The notes below the pieces were generated by a model. It saw nothing but the letters and a program-made list of their open reading frames with translations, had not been told where the DNA came from and made no database searches. Below, piece by piece: positions 45,826-59,184 of a stretch of DNA of 64,000 bases. Made by a program: the position numbers and the translations under genes. The DNA is taken from assembly GCF_009914755.1 (NCBI RefSeq), contig NC_060926.1. One strand, written 5' to 3'. This DNA comes from the human T2T-CHM13v2.0 reference genome, Homo sapiens. Positions within the stretch are counted from its first letter, which is position 1. The number at the start of each line of letters is the position of its first letter.

Positions 45826-45967
45826 GCCGAAGAACTATTCTCACTAAGTGGACTGGGCAGCTGAGGCCCCTGTGTGGTGCGTGAATAATACGTGGGAAAT
45901 GGAAGATGTGGTGCCGGCCTCTGAGGATACTTCAGCGTGGTGTTCGAATTGTACTCTGCGGTCTGCA
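45826..45967 (+). ncRNA. Candidate exon (142 nt), best splice-site pair I noticed
   Basis: Long polypyrimidine acceptor ccctcttcttttgctgcttcttctctttcttttag|G and donor GCA|GTGAGT; stops in all three frames from the acceptor, so non-coding or 5'UTR-type. Confidence 0.5.
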
Positions 45968-46713
45968 GTGAGTACTGTGTAATTGGCCAAAAACAACCTA
46001 ATCTCAAAGAAAAACAAGAAACAAGGAATGATTGGAGCTTCACACTGCTCAAAGACCAGCACTGACCTCAGCCCCACATTAAAGCAGGGTGAGGCTGAAA
46101 ACTGAGAAACACGGAAGAAGCAAACTTCAATCCCACAAAAGGCAAAACCCCAGCGGGAAGCATGCAGGCTCTAGAGACAGGAGACCTGGGTGAAAATCCC
46201 ATCTCCACGGCTTCCTCAACGCCTTCCTCTGTAAATTGGATGCAACGCCCAACTCCAGTGTGGTCTGAAAAAATTAGTTCAATGAGATAATAAATCTAAA
46301 GTTCCTGCTAGATACAGAAGCTTAACAGATGGAGCTGTGATTGCTTGTCCTCTGCACGGAACGGGGCTATTTTTCTCTGTGTTCTGAAGTATTTGAGATG
46401 CACGCCATGCGTGTTCTCTGAAACCATCTCCCTATCTAGAGGAAAGAGTGGCATGAAAGCCAGACGTAAACAATTTCCACCCTCTATTTAACTGACAAAG
46501 GCAGTTTTCTATTATGAAGCAAAGCATGAACATAATCCGGGCAAAATTGGATCCCTGGAGCTTGTAAACTCACTTTCAATTGATACACCAGCCATGGAAT
46601 ATCAGCTCAGCCGTGAGGTCCACCTTGCACCACGAAGGCCATGGTCTGACTGTCCCTTCTGCCTGACACAGAATGCCAGTGACATTAGCAGTTCTGGCAA
46701 TAAACACCTTTAA

Positions 46714-46738
46714 ACACACACACACACACACACACACA
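46714..46738. repeat. (AC)12 microsatellite
   Basis: Directly visible. Confidence 0.97.
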
Positions 46739-48960
46739 AAATAAAGAAAGTGTCTATCCCACCCACCTTCCTAAGCCATGGTAAAGAGGACCGGGCTCCT
46801 CACAGCCACCCAGTGTGATGACTTTTCAGTGTGTATTTGTGTTCCAAGCCACTGCTGGTTGATTTTTCCCCTAGAACCATGCACACCTTAAAGATCTCAA
46901 AGGTAAAAAGCACAACTTAGTTATGATTCTTGCAGTTCTTGGCCTCTAAAGCCAGCGTTACTACTGTGTCATCAGGGTCCAGGTGCACTTTGGATGCTTT
47001 TACCAGTGAAGTTCAGTTCAACAAACACTTACTGAGCACCTGCTCTGGTCATGTGCCAGGTACCACCTTCGGTCTAGGCCACTTGGAGATGTAAGGCAGT
47101 ATTTTAACCTGCATCACATTCCTACCAAGTATGCATTATTTTCTTGGCACACCGAAGAGGAAACGGAAGCCCTGAATGGTTAAGAAAGCTGCCAAAGCCA
47201 ATAAAGCAGCCGTACTTGCATCTGAGTCGGCCTGACTCCCACACTAGCACAGTTTCCCACACGGCTGCCCCGCTCTTCCAGCAGGAGAGACAAGATTCAC
47301 TGATCTCTGTGATCATCGTCGAAGATGCCTGATCACCCCTGTACATATGAAGCCCTGTCAGCATCTAAAGGTGCTCAATAAAGATCCAGATCCCCGGGGG
47401 AATACAGGATAGGAATCAATGTCCAGGCTTGTGCAGGTAGAGAGCAGGTGCCTACTGTGGTCTCAGCCATCTCATGGCTACAGGGACTTTGTGCCCCATA
47501 GCTGCAGGTGCAAATGACAGCACCTCTCTCCATAAATTCCTTGCTGATTAAAACAGAGATGTGACCTCGGGGTGATCCCCCTCCCATTCAGGTTCTCTGA
47601 TTCTGTTACTGTTGACGCAGAGAGAAAGGAAATTAATGACTGTGCTGGAGGAAGGGGCACGGCAGAGAGCAACTGGACCCTCCCCCATCCTCCTGGGACA
47701 CAGTGGTGATGGTGAAGACTGGTCCTCCAGGTGGGTCCACTCTGGCCTTCCGCGTTATCCTCAGGTCAGTGTGCACTGAGGACACTCAGGCCTGGCACAC
47801 AGACCAGAAGCTCCATGGCAGAAGAGAGTGCCGTCTTCAGCACGTACTGCCAGGAGTCACCCACCCTGGAAAACTGTCCTTGTCCACTGCTTCATTTTGC
47901 TTGGAGTCCCTCTACCAGTGTGAAATCCATATGGATGTGCTCACATCAAATCTGAACTAATTTTTTCAAGTAAAATGTCATGAGGCTTTGTCACGTGCTT
48001 TTGTGGAGTCTAAATACAACTCCTTCTGAACACCCTCCAGCCACGCATTCTGCGGGCTCCTAGGAAATAAAGGGGTGAGGGAGGAATTTGTGGGGGGCAG
48101 CTTTCTCCAGCTTGACATTTGTCCCAAGCCATCCACCCATTGGTTATTCTGGAATCCCAAACACAGTAGGCTTCCCCACCACGTCTCTGACCCCATAAGG
48201 CCAAGGCAGGAGGCGGGTGATGAGCTGACGGGTCACACTCTGCCTTCCTGTAACAGCCAAGCCCACAGCCCCTTATAATAATTTTTAAAACTTAAAAACA
48301 CATATTCCTGTTCAAGAACAACAGTCATCACTTAACTTGAGGAAAATCTGAAGATTTGGAAGTTTCGGAGTTTGCTGTCTGGACTCACCCAGGACAGTTC
48401 ACCCTAGCGTTAGCCATCTTTACTGTGACACCCCCTCATGCTTCCTATCAGTCTGTTTCTCTCCCAGCTCCGGTACCCCCTGCACTGGTCCCCCCACCCT
48501 CCTCTGATTCCACAGACATCTGAGCTGAATGATTCTCCCTGGCGTGCTCTGGAATGTAACATCCCATTTCCTTTGTCTCTCCACATCGATGTCTGGCGTG
48601 GCCCAGCCCCAGAACGTCTGCACGTATGTGTACCTCATAATCACCCCATCACAAGGGGGCCTCCAAAGGCCTGGCCTGGGTGTCCCTGAAATCTCACCCT
48701 ATGCTGGTCCTGTAATTGCATCATTTCAGGGTCTCCACAGACAGGTGATCCTTCTGCCACCACTTCTGCTCTGCTAGAAATTGCCGCCTTCTCCTCCTTT
48801 GCTTCCAGAGCCACGCTGACCCTCTTGGCTGGTGGGGCTAATGAATGCTGCCTGGATCACTCAGAGAATAGGCTGCTGGACTCATCAGAACTGTGATGGA
48901 GTAGCTTCCCACAGCATAAATTCCCACTATCCATCCCTTCCTAGTCCAACCCTTCCCCCA

Positions 48961-49130
48961 ACACGCACATGCACACACACACACACACACACACACATCA
49001 CAGACTGAAAAAGAAGTTACTGAAGCCAGATACATGTAAGAAGGAAGTAATAGAATGGTGTCAATCTATAACAAGCCCCTGAACATGAAAAGGCAATGCT
49101 TAAAGGGAGAGAGAGACAGACAGACAGACA

Positions 49131-49166
<36 letters not shown>
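48961..49166. repeat. Two CA-type microsatellites: 48961-48997 and compound (GA)(GACA)(CA)n 49107-49166
   Basis: Directly visible. Confidence 0.95.
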
Positions 49167-49167
<1 letters not shown>

Positions 49168-50659
49168 CTTACCATGGACCAGGCAATTGACAGGGATTCC
49201 ATGCTAATTGTCACATCAACCTTCACTTCACAAATGGAAAAACTGAAACTAAGAACGTGAGCGATTTGTTCAATACAGAATGTGTTAGGTAAACTAATAT
49301 TCTAAGCCCATTCCATATGACTCCCACAACCCATGTGTTTTAACTGCACCTCTTCTATGAAATTCTCCTTGCTAAAGTAAGGCTTGGCCCCGAGGCATGA
49401 GTGACAGAACTGAGAGGTATAACCGAGAACTTTCCCAAAGGCACATCTGTGCCTCAAAATTCTGTAAAATGCAGGCAGGTTACACACGGTATTGATTACC
49501 TGAGGTCAGGTAATATCGCATTGTGTCCCAGCTTCTGAACTGAAGCTCCCCTTTCTTCATGATTTTTAATGATGGTGACTTTCATCTGCATTTTTAGTTA
49601 TTTCAAAGTATTTGTATTTTCTATCTATTTAGAGGCCTGTTGAACCATGAACATGTTTTGGCCATGAATCATGAACATGCTTCATGTTAATGACGAGCAC
49701 TTTTCTTTCAGCATGTTTCTCATTTGTTAATTCTCAAGCAGTATTTAAAGAGTATTAGGTGTTGCTTCTTTGATAAATGAAAATTCACTTAGAGTATGCC
49801 TACTACACTGTTTTGACTGCTACTAGCTGAGATCTGGTGTGGTAGCTGATATTAGAAGAACCCTCCTATGGAGAACAACACTAAAAACTGAACAATTTTA
49901 AAGCATTGGAAGATCGGAAATCAAGGAAGGTACTAGAAAAGTCAAGACTCCAGAGGGGGAGGAAAATGAGTTGATTTGTACTTTCTGTACAAATTTTTCC
50001 TCCATAGTCATTTCCCAATTTTTACTTTGAGGCATGAAGTCTAAAGAGAAAACTATGGCCTAGATCTAACAGAAGCCTTACTGAGTTGGGAAGATAAAAC
50101 TGAAGTTCAGTGCCATCAAACAGCCAGATCCAAAAGAAAAAAGACCCCAGAAATAAGGGAAACACAAGAAAACAAACCAAATGTCTGCACGCAATTTCCT
50201 CCTGAAGCATTGGACCAGCTTTTAAACGGAGCATGCATGGAGCAATCAGCCAAGATACAAAACAGAAAGGGCCTACTAAGATGCTCAAAAGCTATGTAGA
50301 TGTTTCAAAATTTCATGGAGCTGAAGAGACAAAAATTAGAGAGTATGTCCCACTCGGGTGGTGGCAGAATCTCATGCATGCTTCAAGCTTTCGATTGAGA
50401 CGCAAAAATCTATGATTTTGGAACAAAATACATGAAATGTAAAATACATGAGATACTCTGTAAATGTCTAACATGCAGGTTCTTGGAAACCAAGAAAGGT
50501 AAAAGAGAAAAAAATCAGAGTGGAACCAATATTTGAAGACATGCTGGCTAGACATTTTCCAAAAAAAAAAAAAACGAGACATGATCCACAAATTTTAAAA
50601 GGTATATTACCTCTCTGCAAGGTTTAAAAGCAGCAAACACAATTTTGAAAATGCAATGC

Positions 50660-51240
50660 AAGTACTGGTTTTCTATTGCCACAAACTTAGAGGCATAAAA
50701 CTTCATGCACGTATCATCTCACAGCTCTGTAGAACTGAAAGCCAGGCAGGGCTCAGTTGGGTCTTTTGCTCGGTTTTCACAAGGCTGCAATCCAGGCGTC
50801 TTCCAGGGCTGTGGTTCTCATCTGTAGCATGGGGACCTCATTTCAGTTCTTTCAGAATTGCAGACAGAATTGAATCCCACATGGTTTTGTGACTGAGGTC
50901 CCATTTTTTTTCCAGCGACTGTTGAAAGATCACTCTAAGTTGCTACGGGCCACTTGAACCTATAAGTAGTTCACAGCATGGCTTCTGGGAAACCTCTCTG
51001 CTTTTAAAGACATCATCTGATGTCTTTAAAAGACCCAAGTGGGATAATCTAACCATTGATTAACTCAATGCTGACTAACCTGGGGCCCCGACTACATCTG
51101 CGGAATCCCTTTATACACAACATAGCATGATCTCAGGAGCACTGTCTTATCCTATACGTAGGTCCCACCAACACTGAAGAAGAGATGATTACAAAGGGGT
51201 GAGGGTCATTGGGGGATTATTTTAAAATTCCACCTGCAAA
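50660..51240 (-). mobile_element. MaLR solo LTR (MLT1D/E-like)
   Basis: 'ccacaaacttagaggcataaaac...tcatctcacagctctgtag...cacaaggctgcaatccagg...gactgaggtccc'. Confidence 0.75.
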
Positions 51241-53110
51241 AAGTCAATTCACATTATAGTAAAACTGCTGAAAAACAAGGAAAAAGAAAACATTAGTAAA
51301 ACTAGTTAAAACAAAAGAGGAACATTTCCTTCAAAAGAGCAACAATGAGACTGACAACTACATTTGCAGCTTAAACAGAAGCCAGAGACAATTAAATGGC
51401 AGTTTTAGATGCTGAAAGAAAATATTTCCAAATTAGAATTCAAGACATAGCAAAAATAGCTCTTAAACATTAAAGTGAAATGAACATGTTTTTAGACAGA
51501 AAGAATTGAGAATTCATCACGAGTAGAACAATACCAAAGATATATATAAAGAAACAAAAAGTAGTTTTTCAACAGAAAGTGAAATGAATCCATAAAGAAG
51601 CTCAGAAACACAAGAAGAAATGAAAATCATCAGAAAGGGTAAATATGTGGTTAACTCTAGTTGATTACACAGTATCATTATGATTTTAAAATCTTATGAG
51701 ATTTAAGATTGAAATATAACAATAATTACCCAAAATATAACAATATAAGATTGAAATATAACAACAATTGCACAAAAAACAGGAGTCCAAGTATCACAGT
51801 GTTTTTGAATTACCCAGGAAATAATAGAAGAAACATTTTTAACTGACACTCAAATAAATCAAGGATGCATGTTACAGTCTTACAATCTCTACTGTAACCA
51901 CTAAACGAACAGTAAAAGCATGTATAACTAATTAGGTGCAAAGGTTAACTGTAAAACTAAAAATAGTTACAATTGATCAAAAACAAAGCTAGAAAGGAGA
52001 AAAACAGAACAAAGAACAGATGGTACAAATGGGAAGAACTAGTAAAATACTAGATTTAAATACCAGACTATAACAGATGACATTACATGAAAATGTAAAT
52101 AATACAAATAAAAGACAAAAGTTTTGTAATCTGTATTTTAAAATTGAAATATATGTTGCTTACATTAAATATATTTAAACATAAGAATAGAGAAAATTTG
52201 AAATAAAAGAATCAAAAATTGTATACATTGAAAACACTAACCAAAAAACATCTAGTATAACTCAACTTAGGTAAAGTGAACTTTAAAGCAATAAGTATTT
52301 TAGAGATAAAAAGGGAAATTTTGAAATATAAAAGGAAAACTTAACAGAAAGTTTAAATCCTAACTTTTTATGCACCCAATAACACAATTTCAAAACACAT
52401 AAAGCAAAAACTAAAAATTGACTTAAAAAATAGAGAAATTCACAATCATAGAAAGATTGTAAAACAATTCTCTCAATAAAAATTAAACAAATTACAAATG
52501 TGTGAAAAACACAGTTATCAAAATAGACTCAACTTTTCAAATTCACATAGAATATTTTAAAAATTGTTTATATTATGGACGAAAAAGCAACTCTAAACAC
52601 ATTTTAAATGATTTAATGTGTTCTATAACCACAGTGAGATCAAGCAAGAAATCAATAATGATAACTAGAAAATAACTAGAAAATTTCCAAATATTTAGAA
52701 ATTAAACAATACATGACTAAGTAAATCATGAGAAGAGAAGAAATTACAAAGAAATTGAGAACATACGCTAACTGGATGGCAAGGAAAATACAATGTTTCA
52801 AAACTTGATGTATAGCTGACACAGTGCTTAGAGGAAAATTTATAAATGCATACATTACAATAGAAGTAATATTGAAAATCAATTAATTAGAAATCCATTG
52901 TAAGAAGCTATCTTTAAAAAACTGCATATGATACCCATAAAAGTAGAAAAAAATAATAAAAATAAGGATAGAAAGCATAATGAATAGAATAGAAAAAGAG
53001 CCCAAAGTTAATTTTTAAAGGCAAATAAGATTAATAATTCCCTAGCAAGACCGATAGTGAAAAAAAAGCAGATACACAATATCAATATGAGAAATAAATA
53101 ATTGTATATT

Positions 53111-54630
53111 ACATAGATGTAAATCTTCATGCCCTTCAACTAGGCAACAGTTTCTTAAATATAACATTAAAAGCAAATAGAACAAGAGAAAAAAATTGAT
53201 AAATTGTATGTCACCAAAATGTAAAACTTTTGTGTGTCACAGGACATTGTTGAGAAAGTAGAAAGGTAACCCACAGACTGTGAGAACATATTTGCATGTT
53301 TGAATGTCATAAATCTGACAATTGTCTAGTGTTAAGAATAAAGGACTTGTGTAAACCAACAAAATAAAGAAAAACAAACAACCCAAATGAAAAATAGGCA
53401 AAGGATTTGAATAGGCATTTCTCTAAAGAGGATATACAAATGTCCAATAAGCACATGAAAAGATACTCAATATCCTTGGTCAATAGAAAAATATATATTG
53501 AAACCACAATGACCTACCATATTATGCTCACTAGGATGGCTATAATAAAAAAATAATAACAACTGTTGAAGAGAATGTGTAGATTCAATGTATGAAGTCT
53601 TTGGAGAGCTCATACTTTGCTAGTAGGAGTGTGCAATGGTGTAGCCACTGTGGAAGACAGTTTTCCAGTCCTCAAAAAGTTAAACATAGAGTTAGCATAT
53701 GACTCAGTAATTGCATTTCAGGTTATACACCCAAGAATAATGGAACCATATGTTCATACAAAAACTTGTACACCAATTATAGCAGCATAGCACGATAGCC
53801 AAAAAATGAAAGCAACCTGTATTAGTCTATTCTCACACTGCTATAAAGAACTACCTGAGACTCGTACTTCTTAATGAAAAAAGAGGTTTAATTGACTCAC
53901 AGTTCTGCAGGTGTAACAGGAAGCACGATTGGGAGGTCTCAGGAAACTTACAGTCATGGCAGAAGGAGAAGGGGAAGCAAGTACCTTCTTCTAATGGTGG
54001 CAAGAAAGAGAGAAAGAGTGAGGGGGATGTGCCACATACTGTTAAACCATCAGATGTTGTGAGAACTCCCTCACTATCATGAGAACAGCATGGAGAATTC
54101 CACCTTCGCAATTCAGTCACCTCCTACCAGGTCCCTCCTTCAGCATTGGGAATTCAATTCAACATGAGATTTGGGTGGGGACACAGAGCCAAACTATATC
54201 ACAACCCAAATGTCCACCCGTTTATGAATAGATAAACAAATTGTGGTGGAATACACACAATGGAATAATATTCAGCCATAAAAAATGAAGTACTGATATA
54301 AGCTACAATATGGATGAATATTGAAAACATTATGCAAAGTGAAAGAAGTCAGACACAAAAGACCAAAAACTGTAGGATTCCATTAATATAAAATGTCCAG
54401 AAGAGGCAAATTATTATAGACAGAAAGGAGATCAGTGGTTGCCAAGGGCTCAGGGAGGAGGGAATGAGCAGTGATTGCTTAATGCATACAGGTGATGAAA
54501 ATCTTCTGGAATTAGATAGGAGTGATGGTTGTGCAACATTGTAAATATACTTAAAAATGGATTTTATGCCTTAAAGTGGTTAATGGTTAAAACTGTGAAT
54601 TTTATCTCATGTAAACATTATCTAAAATAA
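53111..54630 (+). mobile_element. L1MB-like 3' fragment nested in the older L1
   Basis: ORF2 C-terminus plus L1MB-type 3'UTR 'ggtgatgaaaatcttctggaattagataggagtgatggttgtgcaacattgt'. Confidence 0.8.
53818..54201 (-). mobile_element. MSTA-like solo LTR
   Basis: TG...CA termini; perfect 5-bp TSD caacc (53813-17 / 54202-06). Confidence 0.93.
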
Positions 54631-56308
54631 TTAGACCAACTTAAATAGAAATAACCTATTAAGTTTATGAATTAAAGACTTAATGTTTTAAATGTATTAC
54701 TCCCCCCAATCAATATATAGATTCAATGCAATCTTGATCGGAATTCCAACACAGTGATGTGTGTGTGTTTGTGTGTGCAAATTAACAAATTTATTCTTTG
54801 TAGAAGTGCAAATGTCAAAGAATAGCAAAGACAAGGAGAGGGACAGAGTTGGAGACTTTACAATTCCTGATTTCAAGTCTATTACAGAGATACAATAATT
54901 AATCTAATGTAATATTAGTGCAAGGATACACAAATTGACCAAAGGAACAAAATAGGAATCTGTAAACAGATTCACACATATGTACTCACCTGATTTACCA
55001 CAAAAGTGACACTATGATATGATGGGAAAATAATAATTTTCTTAAATTATGATCAATCTATTATATATTCACATAGGAAAATAATGAATCTTGATCCCTA
55101 TCTCATACCATGTGGAAACTGGCATTTCCATATTGATTGTAGACCTAAATGTGAAAAGTAAAACAATACAGCATCTAGAATATAGAATACTTTATCTTTC
55201 ATGTAGAAAGGACATTAAACTTAAGTCAAAGTATTGATTAATTATACCTCATGAAAATTAACAAGTCTGTCAGTCCTAGGACAATGTTAGGAAGCAAGCT
55301 ATACTGAGAAAAATCTTCATAGTACAAATATCACGAAAAGGACCTGCATCCATAATACATAAAGAACTCATACAAATTAATACAAAAGGACAGAAAGTCC
55401 AATAAATCATGGGCAAAAGTCCTGAACAGGCTCTTCACAAAATGTTCAATAAGATATGGAAAGCTGCCCAGTATTATTAGCTATCATAAATATGCAAATT
55501 TGAATTACAATTCTATACTATTGCACATCTACCAGAATGGCTAAAGTGAAAATGAAAGACAAAGTCAAGTATTGTTAAGAATGTGTAGTAACCAACACTT
55601 TCATACACTGCTGGTAGAAAAGTAAATTGGTGCATCCACTTTGGAAAACTCTTTGGAAAACATTTTGGAAAACTGAAAGGCTATGCACATATACCCAACA
55701 CGCATGTCAGTTCCTCTCCTGGATATATATCTAACAAACATGTACATCAGTGCCTTAAAAGATATGGAACAGATTTTCACAGAAGCGTAATTTTTAACAT
55801 CCAAACAACAAGAAAAAAGTTCATCAAATGTAGAATAGATAAATAAATTGCAGTGGTTTGAAATAATAATTCTTCATAGCAATAACAAGAATGAGCCCCT
55901 GCTACACATGATAACGCCGAAGAATCTCACAGACACAATCTTGAGTGAAAGAAGGCAGATGTATAAGAACACGTCCTACGTAAACTCATTCATGCAACTT
56001 AAAAGCAGGCAAACTAATCTACAGTGATGGAAATGAGGATCATGAGCACCTTTAGGGGTTGGGAGTGGTGACTAGCGGAAGTGTGAGGGGGCTTCTGGGT
56101 GCTGGTAATGTCTTACATCCCAGTCTTGGCTCTGGTGTATGGGTATGGTCACTTTGTAAAAAAAATTAACTGGGCTGTATAGCTAAGGTTTATGCACTTC
56201 ACTGAATGCAAATTTTATTTTTAAAACTTCACCATGTAAATATTTTGGAGGAAGAAAACTTGACTTTCACTAGGGAAAAAAATAAATGCCTCTTTCAAAA
56301 ATACTCCC

Positions 56309-56708
56309 TGTCTTCATCCATTCAGGCTACAAAACAAACTCCCATAGACTGGGTGGCTTATAAACCACAGAAATGGATTCCTCACAGTTCTGGAGGTTGG
56401 AAGTCCAAGTTCCAGGCATAACAAAATTTAGTATTTCTGAGGGCCACGTCCTGGTATATATTAGGTTGGTGCAAAAGTAACTGCAAAAACTACAATGACT
56501 TTTGCACTAACCTAATAAATGGTGCATTCTCACTGTGTTCTCAAATGGTCAGAGAAGCAAGGCAGCAAGCCAGTTCCCTTTCACATCTTGAGGGCTCTTC
56601 CCTCATGACCTCATCCCCTTCCAAAGGCCCCACCTCCTAATGCCATTACCTTGGGGGTTAAGATTCCAACATAGGAATTTGGAGGAACACAAACATTAGA
56701 CCACAGCA
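56309..56708 (-). mobile_element. MLT1A-like solo LTR
   Basis: 'catagactgggtggcttataaac...ctcacagttctggaggttggaagtccaag...ccaaaggccccacctcctaatgccattaccttgggggttaaga'. Confidence 0.85.
56461..56515. mobile_element. MADE1 (Hsmar1 MITE), internally deleted
   Basis: ttaggttggtgcaaaagtaa...acttttgcactaacctaa TIRs with TA on both sides; 55 bp versus ~80 bp consensus. Confidence 0.93.
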
Positions 56709-58851
56709 TTTCCCTTCCAACTGACGGACAAAAAGTGACCATCGCAATATAGGTAATTGCTGAGGTTGAGTTTGGCGTATGGTCTATTTATTGATTATTA
56801 ATTGTTTAATATTTAATCTCTCTACTTATGTGCACATTTAACTTTATTTATAATAAAAGTTTAAGTTATATCAATTATTTGGAAAGTAAAATTTAAAACT
56901 CCCTCCCTAATAATTAAAATTAAAAAGTCCAAAGTAATTTGGATTTGCAGACACCAACCTTTAACATCTTCATTTGAAATCTCAGAGAAGAAAATAAATG
57001 TGAAAAACCTGCCAACGCCAAATCCACTTATGAACCATCTGATCTCCCCAAGTCCAGAGCTAGCAAGTCTGGAGTGGTATTTCTGGAAACATATGGCCCT
57101 GTTCCCCAAGCGAGCATCACACAGCAGTCCCACTGCTTGCTGAGTGTGGATGGCTAGACGCATAATGGCAAAGAGATTCAGAAATAGCGTGACACAGTCC
57201 CGAGAAAGCACCACAAATCATTCGCACAGTAGGGCAGAGATTCCCAGGCTCCGAGGCCTGGTTTCCAGTGTCTCCTGGAGTCTTCCAAGGACTGTGAACA
57301 GAGGCTGGCCTCGGATGGAATCTGCTGAGGGCTTTGTGCATGTTATTTATGCCCTCATGAATTTCAGATGCCTTGACAGTGAAGGGAAGGGCAGAAAAGT
57401 GTGTTCATTCATCAACGTCAGGCGGAGGCCATTACTGTTTTATTCAGTGGAGAGGAAAATCATCCGAAAGCTGGAATTCCAAAAATGTACAAATGCAACT
57501 AGAACACAGTGGTGATTAGCCAGCTCTCTAACACCTGTGTGCTGGCAGCTTTCCCGCAGGCGGCAGGGGGAGAATCAGCGCTTCTGCGGGACAAAGGAAC
57601 GATGCAGCGGTGAGAAGGCCTCGCGGCCCCTTGCAGGGCACCTCTCTTTCGTCACTGTTGTCCTCACGAAAGATGAGTTTCCCATGTGTGAAAGTGTGAC
57701 AAAAAATAACTCTTGCAGAATGAGTGGCTGGTTTTGCGTGTCTTGTGTGAATTAGAGTTTTGAGGCTCCGTCACTGGTTGTGACTCCGTGGGATTATGGG
57801 GGCCACCGATTTGGTTCAAGCTGTCCTCTGGTTGCTTCGAGCTGTCAGGGAGGGTCACCCTGGATCAATGTTGTCCCTCCTGTAATTACTGGATGCATCA
57901 CATTCCTGCCAGTGCCACTTCAGAGCATTCTAAGCAAGGGTCTCATTTTCAAATAATTCACTTCGCTGTTTCACTCAATAATTTTTCTTTCTCTCATAAT
58001 CCCAGACCAGAAAAGATTCAGATGCAATAAAATAAAGCCAAGCCCATGACCTCCTCTTGCCATTTGACATAAAGTTGGACCCAAACGCCCAAAGCTTAAA
58101 TGTGATCCGTTACGAATGTTTGTCAAAAACACACACCTGCCCTTTTCTGGGGAGAACTTGTTGATTTTGTAGACTGCACCTCTAACTTAGATAATGCTGT
58201 GGGCACCAAACTTCATTAACAAATTTTCCAGCTGATTGTTTAATGTGACAAACTTTCGCCAAGCCCTACTGTGTGGCAATGAAGAGACCAGATCAAGCCC
58301 ATGCTCTGGTGATCCTGGGAGCTCAAAGTCTAGTGGGAGGAACAGGCCTTTAAATAGCGCGGTTCAGTGTGGTAAGCTGTTGCAAGGAGCAGCGAGAAAA
58401 GACCACGTGTGGAGTGCTGCTTCCAACTTCCTTGCAAATTAGCACAGCGTTTTACCGAGTACCACCGGGAGAGCTGTCATCAAGGACAACTTATCACTTT
58501 GTTTTGACCAGGGAAAATTGCTGGTAAGGCATGAAATGTGATCCCACTCCCGCCCCGCAGGCAGCCTTCATCTTTTGGGTTTTGCGTGCTGCCTCCAAAA
58601 TAAGTAACATTCGGACTCTCTCTGTGATTTCAAGTATTTCCAACTGCTTAGCACTAAGTACCGCACAAAAAAGAGTGAATATGAAGTATCTCAGTTAAGA
58701 TCTTGACGGAGCAGCAGGAGACGACTCCCACTGCACCACTGCACTACACATACTGCTCCCTAACTTCAGATCTATAGCCCAAGTCCATTTCCATTAAGAC
58801 CACTGGGGAGTCAAGACAAGTTCAAACCAAGGAGTAGAGGTTTTAAAATTA

Positions 58852-59184
<333 letters not shown>

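Larger units (their letters stand above)
49825..56230 (+). mobile_element. Fragmented old L1 (L1ME-like; 5'UTR, ORF1, endonuclease, ORF2 C-terminus, 3'UTR) with nested elements
   Basis: A-rich ORF1/ORF2 remnants; 3' end 'gtcactttgtaaa...gctgtatagctaaggtttatgcacttcactgaatgcaaattttat'. Confidence 0.75.

Noticed and set aside
49649-49682. Two perfect p53 half-sites (GAACATGTTT, GAACATGCTT)
   Set aside because: The 14-bp spacer exceeds functional p53 element spacing; likely a by-product of local CATG repetition
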